This document shows positions 6,861-15,128 of a stretch of 24,000 nucleotides of DNA, piece after piece. The notes under the pieces were generated by a model. The model was not told where the DNA came from. It did no database searches and was given only the letters and a program-made list of their open reading frames with translations. The DNA is taken from NCBI GenBank assembly GCA_964655125.1, contig CAZZLT010000018.1:4126-28125 (forward strand), in the 5' to 3' direction. The translations under genes were made by a program, and so were the position numbers. Source of the stretch: an uncultured Desulfurococcaceae archaeon. Its GTDB lineage: Archaea > Thermoproteota > Thermoprotei_A > Sulfolobales > NBVN01. Within the stretch, counting starts at the first letter, position 1. Each line of letters begins with the position of its first letter.

Positions 6861-7714
6861 TGAAGTTACTTAAGAGGTTACCAGCAGTTGCAGGTTATTT
6901 CTACGAATCTACATCTGATACACTCATTAAAAGGATTAAGTGGTGTTTTACTCATAGTTTAGGTCCTGGGAAACTACCTAGTATGTATGAGGGTAGATTG
7001 AAGGAAAGTATAGGTTATGTCGTACCACATGCTGGTTACATGTATAGTGGTCCAGTAGCAGCACATGTGTACTACAGAATTGCTTTGGAGGGTAAACCAG
7101 ATACATTCGTTATATTAGGTCCTAATCATACGGGTTTAGGTACTGCAGTCTCTATATACGATAAGGGTGTATGGTCAACACCTCTAGGTGATGTTGAGGT
7201 AGATTCAGAATTAGCTTTAGAGATCGTGAGGAGGTCTAATTACGTTGATGTGAATTACGACGCTCATAAATTCGAGCATTCTATAGAGGTTCAACTACCT
7301 TTCCTTCAGTACATCTTCGGTACTTTCAAGTTCGTACCGATAGTATTTGCTTATCAAGTACCTGAGATAGCTAAGGACTTAGCTAACTCCATAGCTAGTG
7401 CTTCTAAGGACTTAGGTAGGGATATAATAGTCTTAGCATCAAGTGATATGACTCACTACGAACCTGATGATAAAGCACGTAAGAAGGATCATGACGTACT
7501 CGAACATATAGTTAGGTTAGACCCTATGAAGGTGTTTGAAGTCGTAACTAAAGAGGATGTAAGTATGTGTGGTGTAGGGCCTGTGCTAACGTTACTTTAC
7601 TACGCTAATAAAGTCGGTGGTAGGAGGGGAGAGGTACTTATGTATGCGACTTCAGGGGATATCACTGGAGAGAAGGATGCTGTAGTTGGTTACGCAGCAG
7701 TTAGAATTCTTTAA
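6860..7714 (+). CDS. MEMO1-family protein (AmmeMemoRadiSam system protein B-like)
   Basis: 284 aa. PAVAGYFY, VVPHAGYMYSGPVAAHVY, ILGPNHTG, EHSIEVQLPFLQ and SSDMTHYE match the MEMO-family pattern. Its ATG overlaps the rps2 stop by 1 nt. Confidence 0.85.
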   Translation: MKLLKRLPAVAGYFYESTSDTLIKRIKWCFTHSLGPGKLPSMYEGRLKESIGYVVPHAGYMYSGPVAAHVYYRIALEGKPDTFVILGPNHTGLGTAVSIYDKGVWSTPLGDVEVDSELALEIVRRSNYVDVNYDAHKFEHSIEVQLPFLQYIFGTFKFVPIVFAYQVPEIAKDLANSIASASKDLGRDIIVLASSDMTHYEPDDKARKKDHDVLEHIVRLDPMKVFEVVTKEDVSMCGVGPVLTLLYYANKVGGRRGEVLMYATSGDITGEKDAVVGYAAVRIL

Positions 7715-7725
7715 CGGTCTCTTCA

Positions 7726-8526
7726 TTGTCTAGAGTTAATGAAGGTGTTAAATTAAGGTCTGTAGTGTATATACCGTTATTCTGTCTCCCACTCCCAAAG
7801 AAACATAACCCGGTAATAGTACTCCCTATAAAAGATTCTAAAATTACAGTAAGTGTTGAGGTATTAAGTAAGCAGGGCTTAGAATTATTAGGTGTTCCTC
7901 AAACAGTAGGTAGATATGTTTATGACTTCTACGAGTTCATACTTAATGAGTTAGGAGTTAATTACGGATTTAGGGTATGTGTTGATGGTGATTACATATA
8001 CGATGGATTCATATACGTAGCTATAACTAATTTAATGATTAAATTACTTAGCGGTAGGTTAAGTAGTGATGAGTATGGATTACTTAGGTTAGTGGATAGT
8101 AGGTTAGGTATTAACGACTGCATCACAGCACTTAGAGAGTATGAAGTAGTTGGTGGGCCTTACATATGGAGATATGATGGTGAGTTACTTAAGTTAACAG
8201 ATGTATCATGTTATGTTAGGGAGATGTTAAGTACTGAGGATATCTCCTTAAGTAGTGTAGTAGGTAATGAAGTACTCACTACACCGTTAACACGTCTAGT
8301 TGGGTTATTAATTATAAGCATATATAACTCATTAGTTGAGAAAGACTATAAATCCTTAAGCAACTATATAAGATTATATAATAGTTTATGGGTAGGTGTT
8401 AGTGGTATTGTTGATGGAATACTTCAAAGCTTTAAACCTACTACTGGTGTTAATTTCTTTACTTATGTTCAAGACTTAGGTAAGGTGACGTTATTTGAGG
8501 TACGATTGGTACTTAAAGGTAGTTAA
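7726..8526 (+). CDS. GHMP-kinase-like protein in the mevalonate kinase slot, with all three kinase motifs degenerate
   Basis: 266 aa. By eye it is collinear with archaeal mevalonate kinases, e.g. GFRVCVDGDYIYDGFIYVAITNLMIKLLSGRLSSDEYGLL against the ..P.G.GLGSSAA.. segment. It has no GLGSSAA-type P-loop, no N-terminal GEHAVV motif and no C-terminal Gly-rich motif. The start is uncertain (TTG 7726 or GTG 7762). Confidence 0.5.
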   Translation: MSRVNEGVKLRSVVYIPLFCLPLPKKHNPVIVLPIKDSKITVSVEVLSKQGLELLGVPQTVGRYVYDFYEFILNELGVNYGFRVCVDGDYIYDGFIYVAITNLMIKLLSGRLSSDEYGLLRLVDSRLGINDCITALREYEVVGGPYIWRYDGELLKLTDVSCYVREMLSTEDISLSSVVGNEVLTTPLTRLVGLLIISIYNSLVEKDYKSLSNYIRLYNSLWVGVSGIVDGILQSFKPTTGVNFFTYVQDLGKVTLFEVRLVLKGS

Positions 8527-9286
8527 GTTAGGTGGTAGTGTAATTACTTTTAAGGATACACCTATGACTATTAGATATGATGTAGTTAAGCAGTTAGTAT
8601 CTGAGTTAGCAGATGTTGTTAATGAATTACCGAGTCTGAAGTTAGTAATAATTCATGGTGGTGGTGGGTTTGGACACTACGTAGTACGTAAGTGTTTAAG
8701 TTCTATCGGTAGGATAGATAGTAAGTGTTTTTCAGAGACTTCATATGCTATGACATTACTGAACACATTATTAATTAAGGAGTTATTAGGAGTTAATTTA
8801 CCAGTAGTTTCAATACCACCGCATACAGTCTTTAAAGCTGAGGCTGATGGGAGGGTTAACTACGATAGAAACTTAATTATTGATTATTTAATGAGAGGGT
8901 TCATACCAGTACTATACGGTGATGTTGTCTTAGGGGTTAACTCATTCATAGTCCTCTCAGGTGATACTATAGCTTGGTTATTAGCTAAAGACTTAAACGC
9001 TCATGAGATTATATTCGTAACAGATGTTGATGGTTTATTCGATAAAGACCCTAAGAAGTATAGTGATGCGAGACTACTAAAGTATGTTAGAGCTGATGAG
9101 TTAAGGAACTTAGAGTTCTCTCAGGGTGAGTATGATGTTACTGGGTCTATGATGTTTAAACTTATGGAGGGGTTAAAACACGGTGTTAAAGGTATTGATG
9201 TTAAGATCGTGAATGGGTTAGTTAAGGGGAACTTATATAAGTCCTTACATGGTAATTCCTCTATAGGTACGGTGATTAAGTATTGA
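8495..9286 (+). CDS. ipk: Isopentenyl phosphate kinase (amino acid kinase family)
   Basis: VVKLGGSVITFK, IIHGGGGFGH, VLSGDTI and FVTDVDGLFDKDP are IPK/AAK motifs. It occupies the conserved position before fni. The TTG start overlaps the upstream gene by 32 nt. Confidence 0.88.
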   Translation: MRYDWYLKVVKLGGSVITFKDTPMTIRYDVVKQLVSELADVVNELPSLKLVIIHGGGGFGHYVVRKCLSSIGRIDSKCFSETSYAMTLLNTLLIKELLGVNLPVVSIPPHTVFKAEADGRVNYDRNLIIDYLMRGFIPVLYGDVVLGVNSFIVLSGDTIAWLLAKDLNAHEIIFVTDVDGLFDKDPKKYSDARLLKYVRADELRNLEFSQGEYDVTGSMMFKLMEGLKHGVKGIDVKIVNGLVKGNLYKSLHGNSSIGTVIKY

Positions 9287-10353
9287 GTTATGAAGGTATT
9301 AATAGGAAGTTAGAACATATAGAAATTGCTTTAAAAGAGGATGTAGAGGGTCCGTTAACAACATGGTTTGAATGTGTATATTTAATACATAGGGCAGCAC
9401 CGGAGTTAGACTTAGATGATGTTGATATATCTACTGAGTTTGTAGGTAGGAGGTTAAGAGCTCCTATAGTAATAAGTGGTATGACTGGAGGAGCTCCTGA
9501 GACTGAGAAGATAAATGCTGAGTTAGCTAAGGTGGCTGAGGTCTTAGGCTTAGGGTTAGGTGTAGGTAGTCAGAGGCAGGCGATTGAAAACGGATCTCTA
9601 AGGAGTACTTACTCTGTAGTAAGGGATTACGCACCAACTACGTTAGTATTAGCTAATATAGGTATATCCGAGTTCATAAGATATGATGTATCATTGATAG
9701 ATAAGATAGTTAGTATGGTTTCTGCTGATGCCTTAGCTGTACATTTAAACGTAGCGCAGGAGTTAGTACAGCCTGAGGGTTCACATAACTTTAAAGGTTT
9801 TCTCAGGAAGTTAGAGGTCATTATGAGGGAGTTATCAGTACCTATAGTTATTAAGGAGGTCGGCTTCGGTATCTCTAAGGAGGTTGCTGAGGAGTTAGTA
9901 GGTATTGGGGTAAGTCATTTCGATGTTGCTGGTGCTGGGGGTACTAACTGGGCTAAAATTGAGATGTTAAGAGCTAGGTATAAGGATGATAAGTTGAAGG
10001 AGAGGTTAGCTCGAGAGTTACTATGTTGGGGTGTCCCTACAGCTGCTTCAATACTTGAGGTTTGGACAGTAGCTCCGAATTCTGAAATAATAGCTAGTGG
10101 TGGTATTAGAAAAGCTTTAGATGTTGTTAAAGCTCTTAGACTAGGGGCTAACGCAGCTGGTTTAGCACTACCCTTACTCAGAGCTTACTACTCAGGTACG
10201 TTAATGGAGTACTTAGACGGGTTAATTAAATCAATTAAAGCTTTATTACTACTCACTGGTTCGAGGAGTATTAATGAGTTAAGGGGTAAACCAATTGTTA
10301 TTTACGACCCACTCAATACTTGGATAACTCAACGCGGTTTAAAAATACCTTAA
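9283..10353 (+). CDS. fni: Type 2 isopentenyl-diphosphate delta-isomerase (FMN-dependent)
   Basis: NRKLEHIEIAL, PIVISGMTGG, VGSQR, FDVAGAGGTNWA and ASGGIR are IDI-2 signatures. Confidence 0.92.
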   Translation: MSYEGINRKLEHIEIALKEDVEGPLTTWFECVYLIHRAAPELDLDDVDISTEFVGRRLRAPIVISGMTGGAPETEKINAELAKVAEVLGLGLGVGSQRQAIENGSLRSTYSVVRDYAPTTLVLANIGISEFIRYDVSLIDKIVSMVSADALAVHLNVAQELVQPEGSHNFKGFLRKLEVIMRELSVPIVIKEVGFGISKEVAEELVGIGVSHFDVAGAGGTNWAKIEMLRARYKDDKLKERLARELLCWGVPTAASILEVWTVAPNSEIIASGGIRKALDVVKALRLGANAAGLALPLLRAYYSGTLMEYLDGLIKSIKALLLLTGSRSINELRGKPIVIYDPLNTWITQRGLKIP

Positions 10354-10376
10354 TAATGTCTTATATAGGTGATTGA

Positions 10377-11375
10377 ATGAGTAGTGAATTACTTAAGTAT
10401 GCTGTTAAGGTGGCTGAGAAGGTTAATACATTATTAGGTGAGGTTGTTAGAGGTGATGAGAAACAACTGTATGACGCGTCATACTACCTCCTTAAAGCTG
10501 GTGGGAAGAGGTTAAGACCTCTACTCACGGTCCTCTCAGCTAGGTTATTCGGACTTAATGAGGATATCTCCATATATCCAGCAACTTCTGTAGAGTTATT
10601 ACATAACTTCACTTTAATTCATGACGATATAATGGATAGGGATGAGTTTAGGAGGGGTATCCCAACAGTTCATAAAGTTTACGGTGAGGCTATGGCTATA
10701 TTAGCTGGTGATCTACTCTTTGCTAAGTCTTTCGAGGTAATGTTTAGATTAGTTGGTATCATCCCTTACGAACGAGTTGTTAAGGCTTTGAGAGAACTTA
10801 CGTGGGCTGCAGTAACTGTTGCTGAGGGTCAAGCACTTGATATGGAGTTTGAAGGTAGGGATGATGTTAGTGTTGATGAGTACTTGAAGATGGTGTTTAA
10901 GAAGACAGCAGCTCTATTTAAAGCATCAGCTTATATAGGTGCGGTTGTAGCTGGTGCTGAGGAGAGTGATTTAGAGAGGATTAGTGAGTTCGCTAAGAGT
11001 ATCGGGATAGCATTTCAGATAAGAGATGATGAGTTAGGATTAATAGGTGATGAGAAGGTATTAGGTAAGCCGGTATTCAGTGATTTAAGGGAGGGTAAGA
11101 AGACTATATTAGTTATTTACGCGTTGGAGAGGGTTAATGATGAGCAACGTAAGTTAATACTTAACGTCCTCGGTAATAGAAATGCTAGTGTTGAGGAGTT
11201 TAGGAGGGTTGCTAATATCATAATTAAATCTGGTGCTCTAGATTACAGTAATAGAGTTGCTGAGGAGTACTTAAGGAAGGGTATGTCTAAACTTGAGGAG
11301 ATAAATACTAAGGATTTAGAGGCTAAGTACTTACTAAAGGAATTTGCTGAGTTCCTAACTAAGAGGTTGTATTAA
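10377..11375 (+). CDS. idsA: Geranylgeranyl diphosphate synthase (short-chain trans-prenyltransferase)
   Basis: GGKRLRP is present. The first Asp-rich motif is IHDDIMDRDEFRRG and the second is FQIRDDELG. KPVFSDLREGKKT resembles the Sulfolobus GGPPS as I recall it. Confidence 0.9.
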   Translation: MSSELLKYAVKVAEKVNTLLGEVVRGDEKQLYDASYYLLKAGGKRLRPLLTVLSARLFGLNEDISIYPATSVELLHNFTLIHDDIMDRDEFRRGIPTVHKVYGEAMAILAGDLLFAKSFEVMFRLVGIIPYERVVKALRELTWAAVTVAEGQALDMEFEGRDDVSVDEYLKMVFKKTAALFKASAYIGAVVAGAEESDLERISEFAKSIGIAFQIRDDELGLIGDEKVLGKPVFSDLREGKKTILVIYALERVNDEQRKLILNVLGNRNASVEEFRRVANIIIKSGALDYSNRVAEEYLRKGMSKLEEINTKDLEAKYLLKEFAEFLTKRLY

Positions 11376-11848
11376 TGGGTTTAACAGCTAAAGTAAGAGA
11401 ATACTTGAAAGACATCACTAACTACTATAAAGGTATTACATGTTATTTAGTTAGTACTACCTCTGTAGAGACTACAACAACAGTGGAGAACATCAACAGT
11501 TTTGAGAAGGTTGAATGTATTGATATAAAGAACTTCATTTCTGGAGGGTTATTAGAGAAGGAGTTAGTCATATGTAATGAGAGGATTAGTAAGTGTATAC
11601 TTGTCCTTAACGGTGCTAAGGTAGATGTTGTAGAGGTTAGAGGTTATGAAGTACTACTACATGTTGATGAAGCGTTAAGTGTTAAGGAAGGTGATGTGTT
11701 AGCTTATATAGTGACTAGTAAGGGTGAGTTAAGGAAGTTTAAATCTGTACGTAGTGGGTATGTAATCCTTATAGAGGAGGTAATCGATAAACCTCAAGGA
11801 TATATGATCTACTTAGCGGATGGTGAGTATGTCAGGGAAGTTAAGTAG
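11375..11848 (+). CDS. Conserved archaeal hypothetical protein with a C-terminal biotinyl/lipoyl-like hybrid-barrel segment (DUF2118-like, tentative)
   Basis: 157 aa. VKEGDVLAYIVTSKGELRKFKSVRSGYVILIEEV has the shape of a single hybrid motif but lacks the modifiable E-x-M-K lysine context. TAATG overlap with idsA and a 29-nt overlap with gltX. Confidence 0.5.
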   Translation: MGLTAKVREYLKDITNYYKGITCYLVSTTSVETTTTVENINSFEKVECIDIKNFISGGLLEKELVICNERISKCILVLNGAKVDVVEVRGYEVLLHVDEALSVKEGDVLAYIVTSKGELRKFKSVRSGYVILIEEVIDKPQGYMIYLADGEYVREVK

Positions 11849-13604
11849 TGAGGTCATGGATGTTATAGTTAAGCTTACTTTGAAAAACGCTATAGAACAT
11901 GATGGTAAGGCATTAGTTAAAGTTGTTTTAAGTAAGTTATTAGGTTCTTTCCCAGAGTTGAGACCTCAGGTTAAGGAGTTAGAGGGTATAGTCTCTGAGG
12001 TAGTATCTCGGATCAACAGTATGAGTTTAGAGGAACAGGTTAGATTAGCTAAGGAGAAATACCCTGAAATCCTCGAGGAGAGGGAGGTCGTACCTAAGGT
12101 TAAGACATTACCACCACTACCTAACGTTGAGAAGTATAAAGAGGTTAGAACTAGATTTGCACCTAATCCTGACTTCCTAATACATCTAGGTAATGCGAGA
12201 CCTGCAATACTTAGTTATGAGTATGCTAGGATGTATAATGGTAAGATGATTTTAAGGTTTGAGGATACTGACCCTAGGACTAAGCAACCTATGCCTGAGG
12301 CATATAGTGCTATTAAGGAGGATTTAAAGTGGTTAGGTATTAGATGGGATGAGGAGTACATACAGTCTCTAAGGATGGAGTTGTACTACTCAGTTGTTAG
12401 GGAGTTGATAGGAGTTGGTGGTGCGTATGTAGACTTATGCGGTAAGGATGAGTTTATGAAGTATAAGATGAGTATGAGACCATGTCCTCACAGGACAGTA
12501 GCTGTTGAAACTAACTTAGAGTTATTGGATAAGATACTCTCTAATTACTTTAAGGAGGGTGAGGCTGTGATTAGGATTAAGACAGACCTCTCACATCCAG
12601 ACCCTTCAGTTAGGGATTGGGTAGCTTTTAGGATTGTAGATACTGATAAGAATCCACACCCTATAGTAGGTTCTAAGTATATCTTATGGCCTACGTATAA
12701 TTACGCTGCAGGTGTTGACGACCATTTAATGGGTATAACACATATCCTTCGTGGGAAGGAACATATGGTAAATACTTTAAAACAGAGATATCTCTACGAA
12801 CACTTAGGTTGGGTTTATCCAGAGGTAATTAACTTAGGTAGGCTTAGGTTGGAGGGGTTTATATTAAGTAAGTCTAAGATTAAAGAACTTCTGAGGAAGT
12901 TTCCTAAGAAGTTTAAATCCATAGATGATGTTAGGTTTGGGACTATAGCATCTCTGAGGAGGAGAGGTATTATCCCTGAAACTATAAGGAAGGTGATATT
13001 AGAAGTTGGTGTTAAGGTAAGTGATGCATCGATTAGTTGGGAGAATATAGCTGCTATTAATAGGAAACTCATAGACCCTATTACGAAGAGATTAATGTTT
13101 GTAAGTCATCCACCAGTAAAAGTACTCATACGTTCAGTACCTTCAAGTCTTACTAAAGTGTCAATACCTCTCCACCCAACTAATAAGTCATTAGGTAGTA
13201 GAGAGATAACGTTAGATGTTGTTGATGGTTATACACCAGTTCTACTTGATAAATCAGATGTTGATCTACTTAGGAGTATAGGTTATATTAGGTTGATGGA
13301 GTTCATGAATATTAGATATGTTAGTGATAGTGTTGAAGGGGTAATAACCGAGTTTGTAAGTACGGAGTTAAGTGATGCTAAGAAGGTTAAGGCACCTATA
13401 GTTCATTGGGTACCCTATAGTAGGAATACGAAGGTAGTTATTATAAGACCTAAAGACCTTAACTTACTTAAGATTAGAGGTTATGGTGAGGAGTACTTGA
13501 GGACTATTAAGGTTGGTGAGGTAGTACAGTTAGTAAGGTATGGTTTTGTTAAGGTTGATAACGTTAGAGGAGATGTTGTAGAATTAGTATTTATTCATGA
13601 GTAG
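11820..13604 (+). CDS. gltX: Glutamyl-tRNA synthetase (archaeal/eukaryotic type)
   Basis: RFAPNPDFLIHLGNAR is the HIGH motif and ILSKSK is the KMSKS-like motif. THILRGKEH is also present. The N-terminal helical extension is as in crenarchaeal GluRS. Confidence 0.93.
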   Translation: MVSMSGKLSSEVMDVIVKLTLKNAIEHDGKALVKVVLSKLLGSFPELRPQVKELEGIVSEVVSRINSMSLEEQVRLAKEKYPEILEEREVVPKVKTLPPLPNVEKYKEVRTRFAPNPDFLIHLGNARPAILSYEYARMYNGKMILRFEDTDPRTKQPMPEAYSAIKEDLKWLGIRWDEEYIQSLRMELYYSVVRELIGVGGAYVDLCGKDEFMKYKMSMRPCPHRTVAVETNLELLDKILSNYFKEGEAVIRIKTDLSHPDPSVRDWVAFRIVDTDKNPHPIVGSKYILWPTYNYAAGVDDHLMGITHILRGKEHMVNTLKQRYLYEHLGWVYPEVINLGRLRLEGFILSKSKIKELLRKFPKKFKSIDDVRFGTIASLRRRGIIPETIRKVILEVGVKVSDASISWENIAAINRKLIDPITKRLMFVSHPPVKVLIRSVPSSLTKVSIPLHPTNKSLGSREITLDVVDGYTPVLLDKSDVDLLRSIGYIRLMEFMNIRYVSDSVEGVITEFVSTELSDAKKVKAPIVHWVPYSRNTKVVIIRPKDLNLLKIRGYGEEYLRTIKVGEVVQLVRYGFVKVDNVRGDVVELVFIHE

Positions 13605-13632
13605 TTATGACTAACTCTAAAAATTCCACACC

Positions 13633-13914
13633 CTAAGCTACTATTACCGTATTGTAGGTCTCATCCTCATACTCGATGTAGTATCTAATCTCACTTAATC
13701 TACGTACCTCCTCACGGATTAACTCACCATCACATACCTCCTCAGCAATTATAGTTGGAAATAATGTATCAGTTAATGATTTATCATCAACTTCAGGGAT
13801 GTGTATTAACTCTATATTACTAAAGTTATAACCTAGGAGCTTCCTAACCAACTCATAACTCTTACTATCATAACCTACGAATACTACTAACCTCTTACTC
13901 ATTCTTATGACCAT
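13633..13914 (-). CDS. Small hypothetical protein
   Basis: 93-aa track ORF with host-like codon usage. On its own strand a TATA-like ttttaaga lies about 27-33 nt upstream of the start. No family recognised. Confidence 0.45.
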   Translation of the reverse strand: MVIRMSKRLVVFVGYDSKSYELVRKLLGYNFSNIELIHIPEVDDKSLTDTLFPTIIAEEVCDGELIREEVRRLSEIRYYIEYEDETYNTVIVA

Positions 13915-13974
13915 TAACTAACTCCACAATACTACTTTCTTAAAAAGGTAGTTACTCAATAATTAGTTGTTAGG

Positions 13975-13983
13975 TTTTTAAGG
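13975..13983 (+). promoter_or_regulatory. TATA-like box upstream of aRF1
   Basis: tttttaagg sits in the divergent intergenic region. It predicts a transcription start near 14005-14012, upstream of the conserved aRF1 N-terminal coding sequence. Confidence 0.35.
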
Positions 13984-14107
13984 GGTACTATGATTTTAGT
14001 TTAGTTGGTGGATAGTATTTAGTGAGTATAGTATAGATAGGGATAAGCTTAGGAGGATAGTTAAGGAGTTAAAGGATTGGAAAGCACATGCAACTACATT
14101 ACTTTCG

Positions 14108-15115
14108 TTGTACATACCACCTGGTAGACCTGTAAGTGACGTCATAAACATGTTGAGGCAGGAATTAGCTATTACAGATAATATAAAACTTAAGAGGACT
14201 AAAGATAGGGTTCAGAGGGCTTTAACAGTAGCTATTGATAGGTTAAGTAACATATCAAAAATCCCTCGGAATGGGTTAGTGATATTCGCTGGTGAGAATG
14301 AAGATACTGGTGAATTTATATGTTTGATGTTCTCACCACCAGATCCTGTGACGGTATACTTCTACAGGACTGATAAGCATTTCCATCTAGAATTTCTTGA
14401 GGCTATGCTTGAGGAATCTGAAGTATATGGTTTGATAATTATAGAACGTGATGAAGCAACTATAGGGTTGTTGAAGGGTTCATCACTTATGGTCTTAGAG
14501 GAGGTTGAGGGCTACGTACCTGGGAAGCATAGTAAGGGTGGTCAGTCTCAGAGACGTTACGATAGGATTATTGAGGAGTTAGTTGAGGAGTTCTATAAGA
14601 GGGTAGGGGAGATAGTTAATAAGTACTTCATACCGTACCTAGAGAGTGGTAAGCTTAAAGGTATTCTAGTGGGTGGTCCGGGTTATGCTAAATTAGACTT
14701 CGTTAAAGGTGGTTACATAGACTATAGATTGAAGGAGAAGGTTTTAGATGCCTTAATTGATGTGGGTTCTCAAGGGGAGCCAGGTCTTAAAGAACTTGTT
14801 ATGAGGGCTTCAGAACTGATTAAAGGTCAGAGGTATGTTGAGGTAGTGAATGCTTTAGAGGAATTTAAGTTTCACCTAGCTAAAGATGATGGTTTAGCTC
14901 TTTACGGATTTGATGATATAGTTAATGCGTTAAATATGGGTGCGGTTAAGTCATTAGTAGTTACTGAGGATATGCCTGAGTTTGAGAAGCTTATGGAGTT
15001 AGCTAAGAAGTCAGGTGCTGAGGTATACGTATTACCGGAGACTATACCTGAGTACGTGTGGATTAAGAAGACATTTAATGGTGTAGTAGCTATTTTAAGG
15101 TATAAGATCGTTTAG
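14108..15115 (+). CDS. prf1: Peptide chain release factor aRF1
   Basis: LYIPPGRP, DNIKLKRTK (NIKS-type motif) and HSKGGQSQRRY (GGQ motif) identify it. The frame is open upstream to 14000 and encodes conserved aRF1 N-terminal sequence (SEYSIDRDKLRRIVKELKDWKAHATTLLS) without any ATG/GTG/TTG. The true 5' end is therefore probably upstream of the TTG at 14108. Confidence 0.9.
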   Translation: MYIPPGRPVSDVINMLRQELAITDNIKLKRTKDRVQRALTVAIDRLSNISKIPRNGLVIFAGENEDTGEFICLMFSPPDPVTVYFYRTDKHFHLEFLEAMLEESEVYGLIIIERDEATIGLLKGSSLMVLEEVEGYVPGKHSKGGQSQRRYDRIIEELVEEFYKRVGEIVNKYFIPYLESGKLKGILVGGPGYAKLDFVKGGYIDYRLKEKVLDALIDVGSQGEPGLKELVMRASELIKGQRYVEVVNALEEFKFHLAKDDGLALYGFDDIVNALNMGAVKSLVVTEDMPEFEKLMELAKKSGAEVYVLPETIPEYVWIKKTFNGVVAILRYKIV

Positions 15116-15128
15116 AAGTAGGGACTAA

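Noticed and set aside
9627-9821. Antisense ORFs inside well-supported genes: 9627..9821, 12815..13072, 16142..16459, 17553..17873, 23181..23411 and 23578..23778
   Set aside because: Each lies fully inside and opposite to a strongly conserved CDS (fni, gltX, infB, rpl24e/ndk region, cdc48). Each has low-complexity or odd composition and no start signals. I treat them as shadow ORFs.
11018-11032. GGPP synthase second Asp-rich motif DDELG instead of DDxxD
   Set aside because: The DDxxG variant is, as far as I recall, normal for Sulfolobus-type GGPP synthases. It is not evidence of inactivation.
14165-14200. aRF1 stop-recognition motif reads NIKL instead of the canonical NIKS
   Set aside because: It is a single-residue variation. 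All three stop codons are used normally in the window, so there is no support for altered termination specificity. I cannot judge its frequency among crenarchaeal aRF1 without an alignment.
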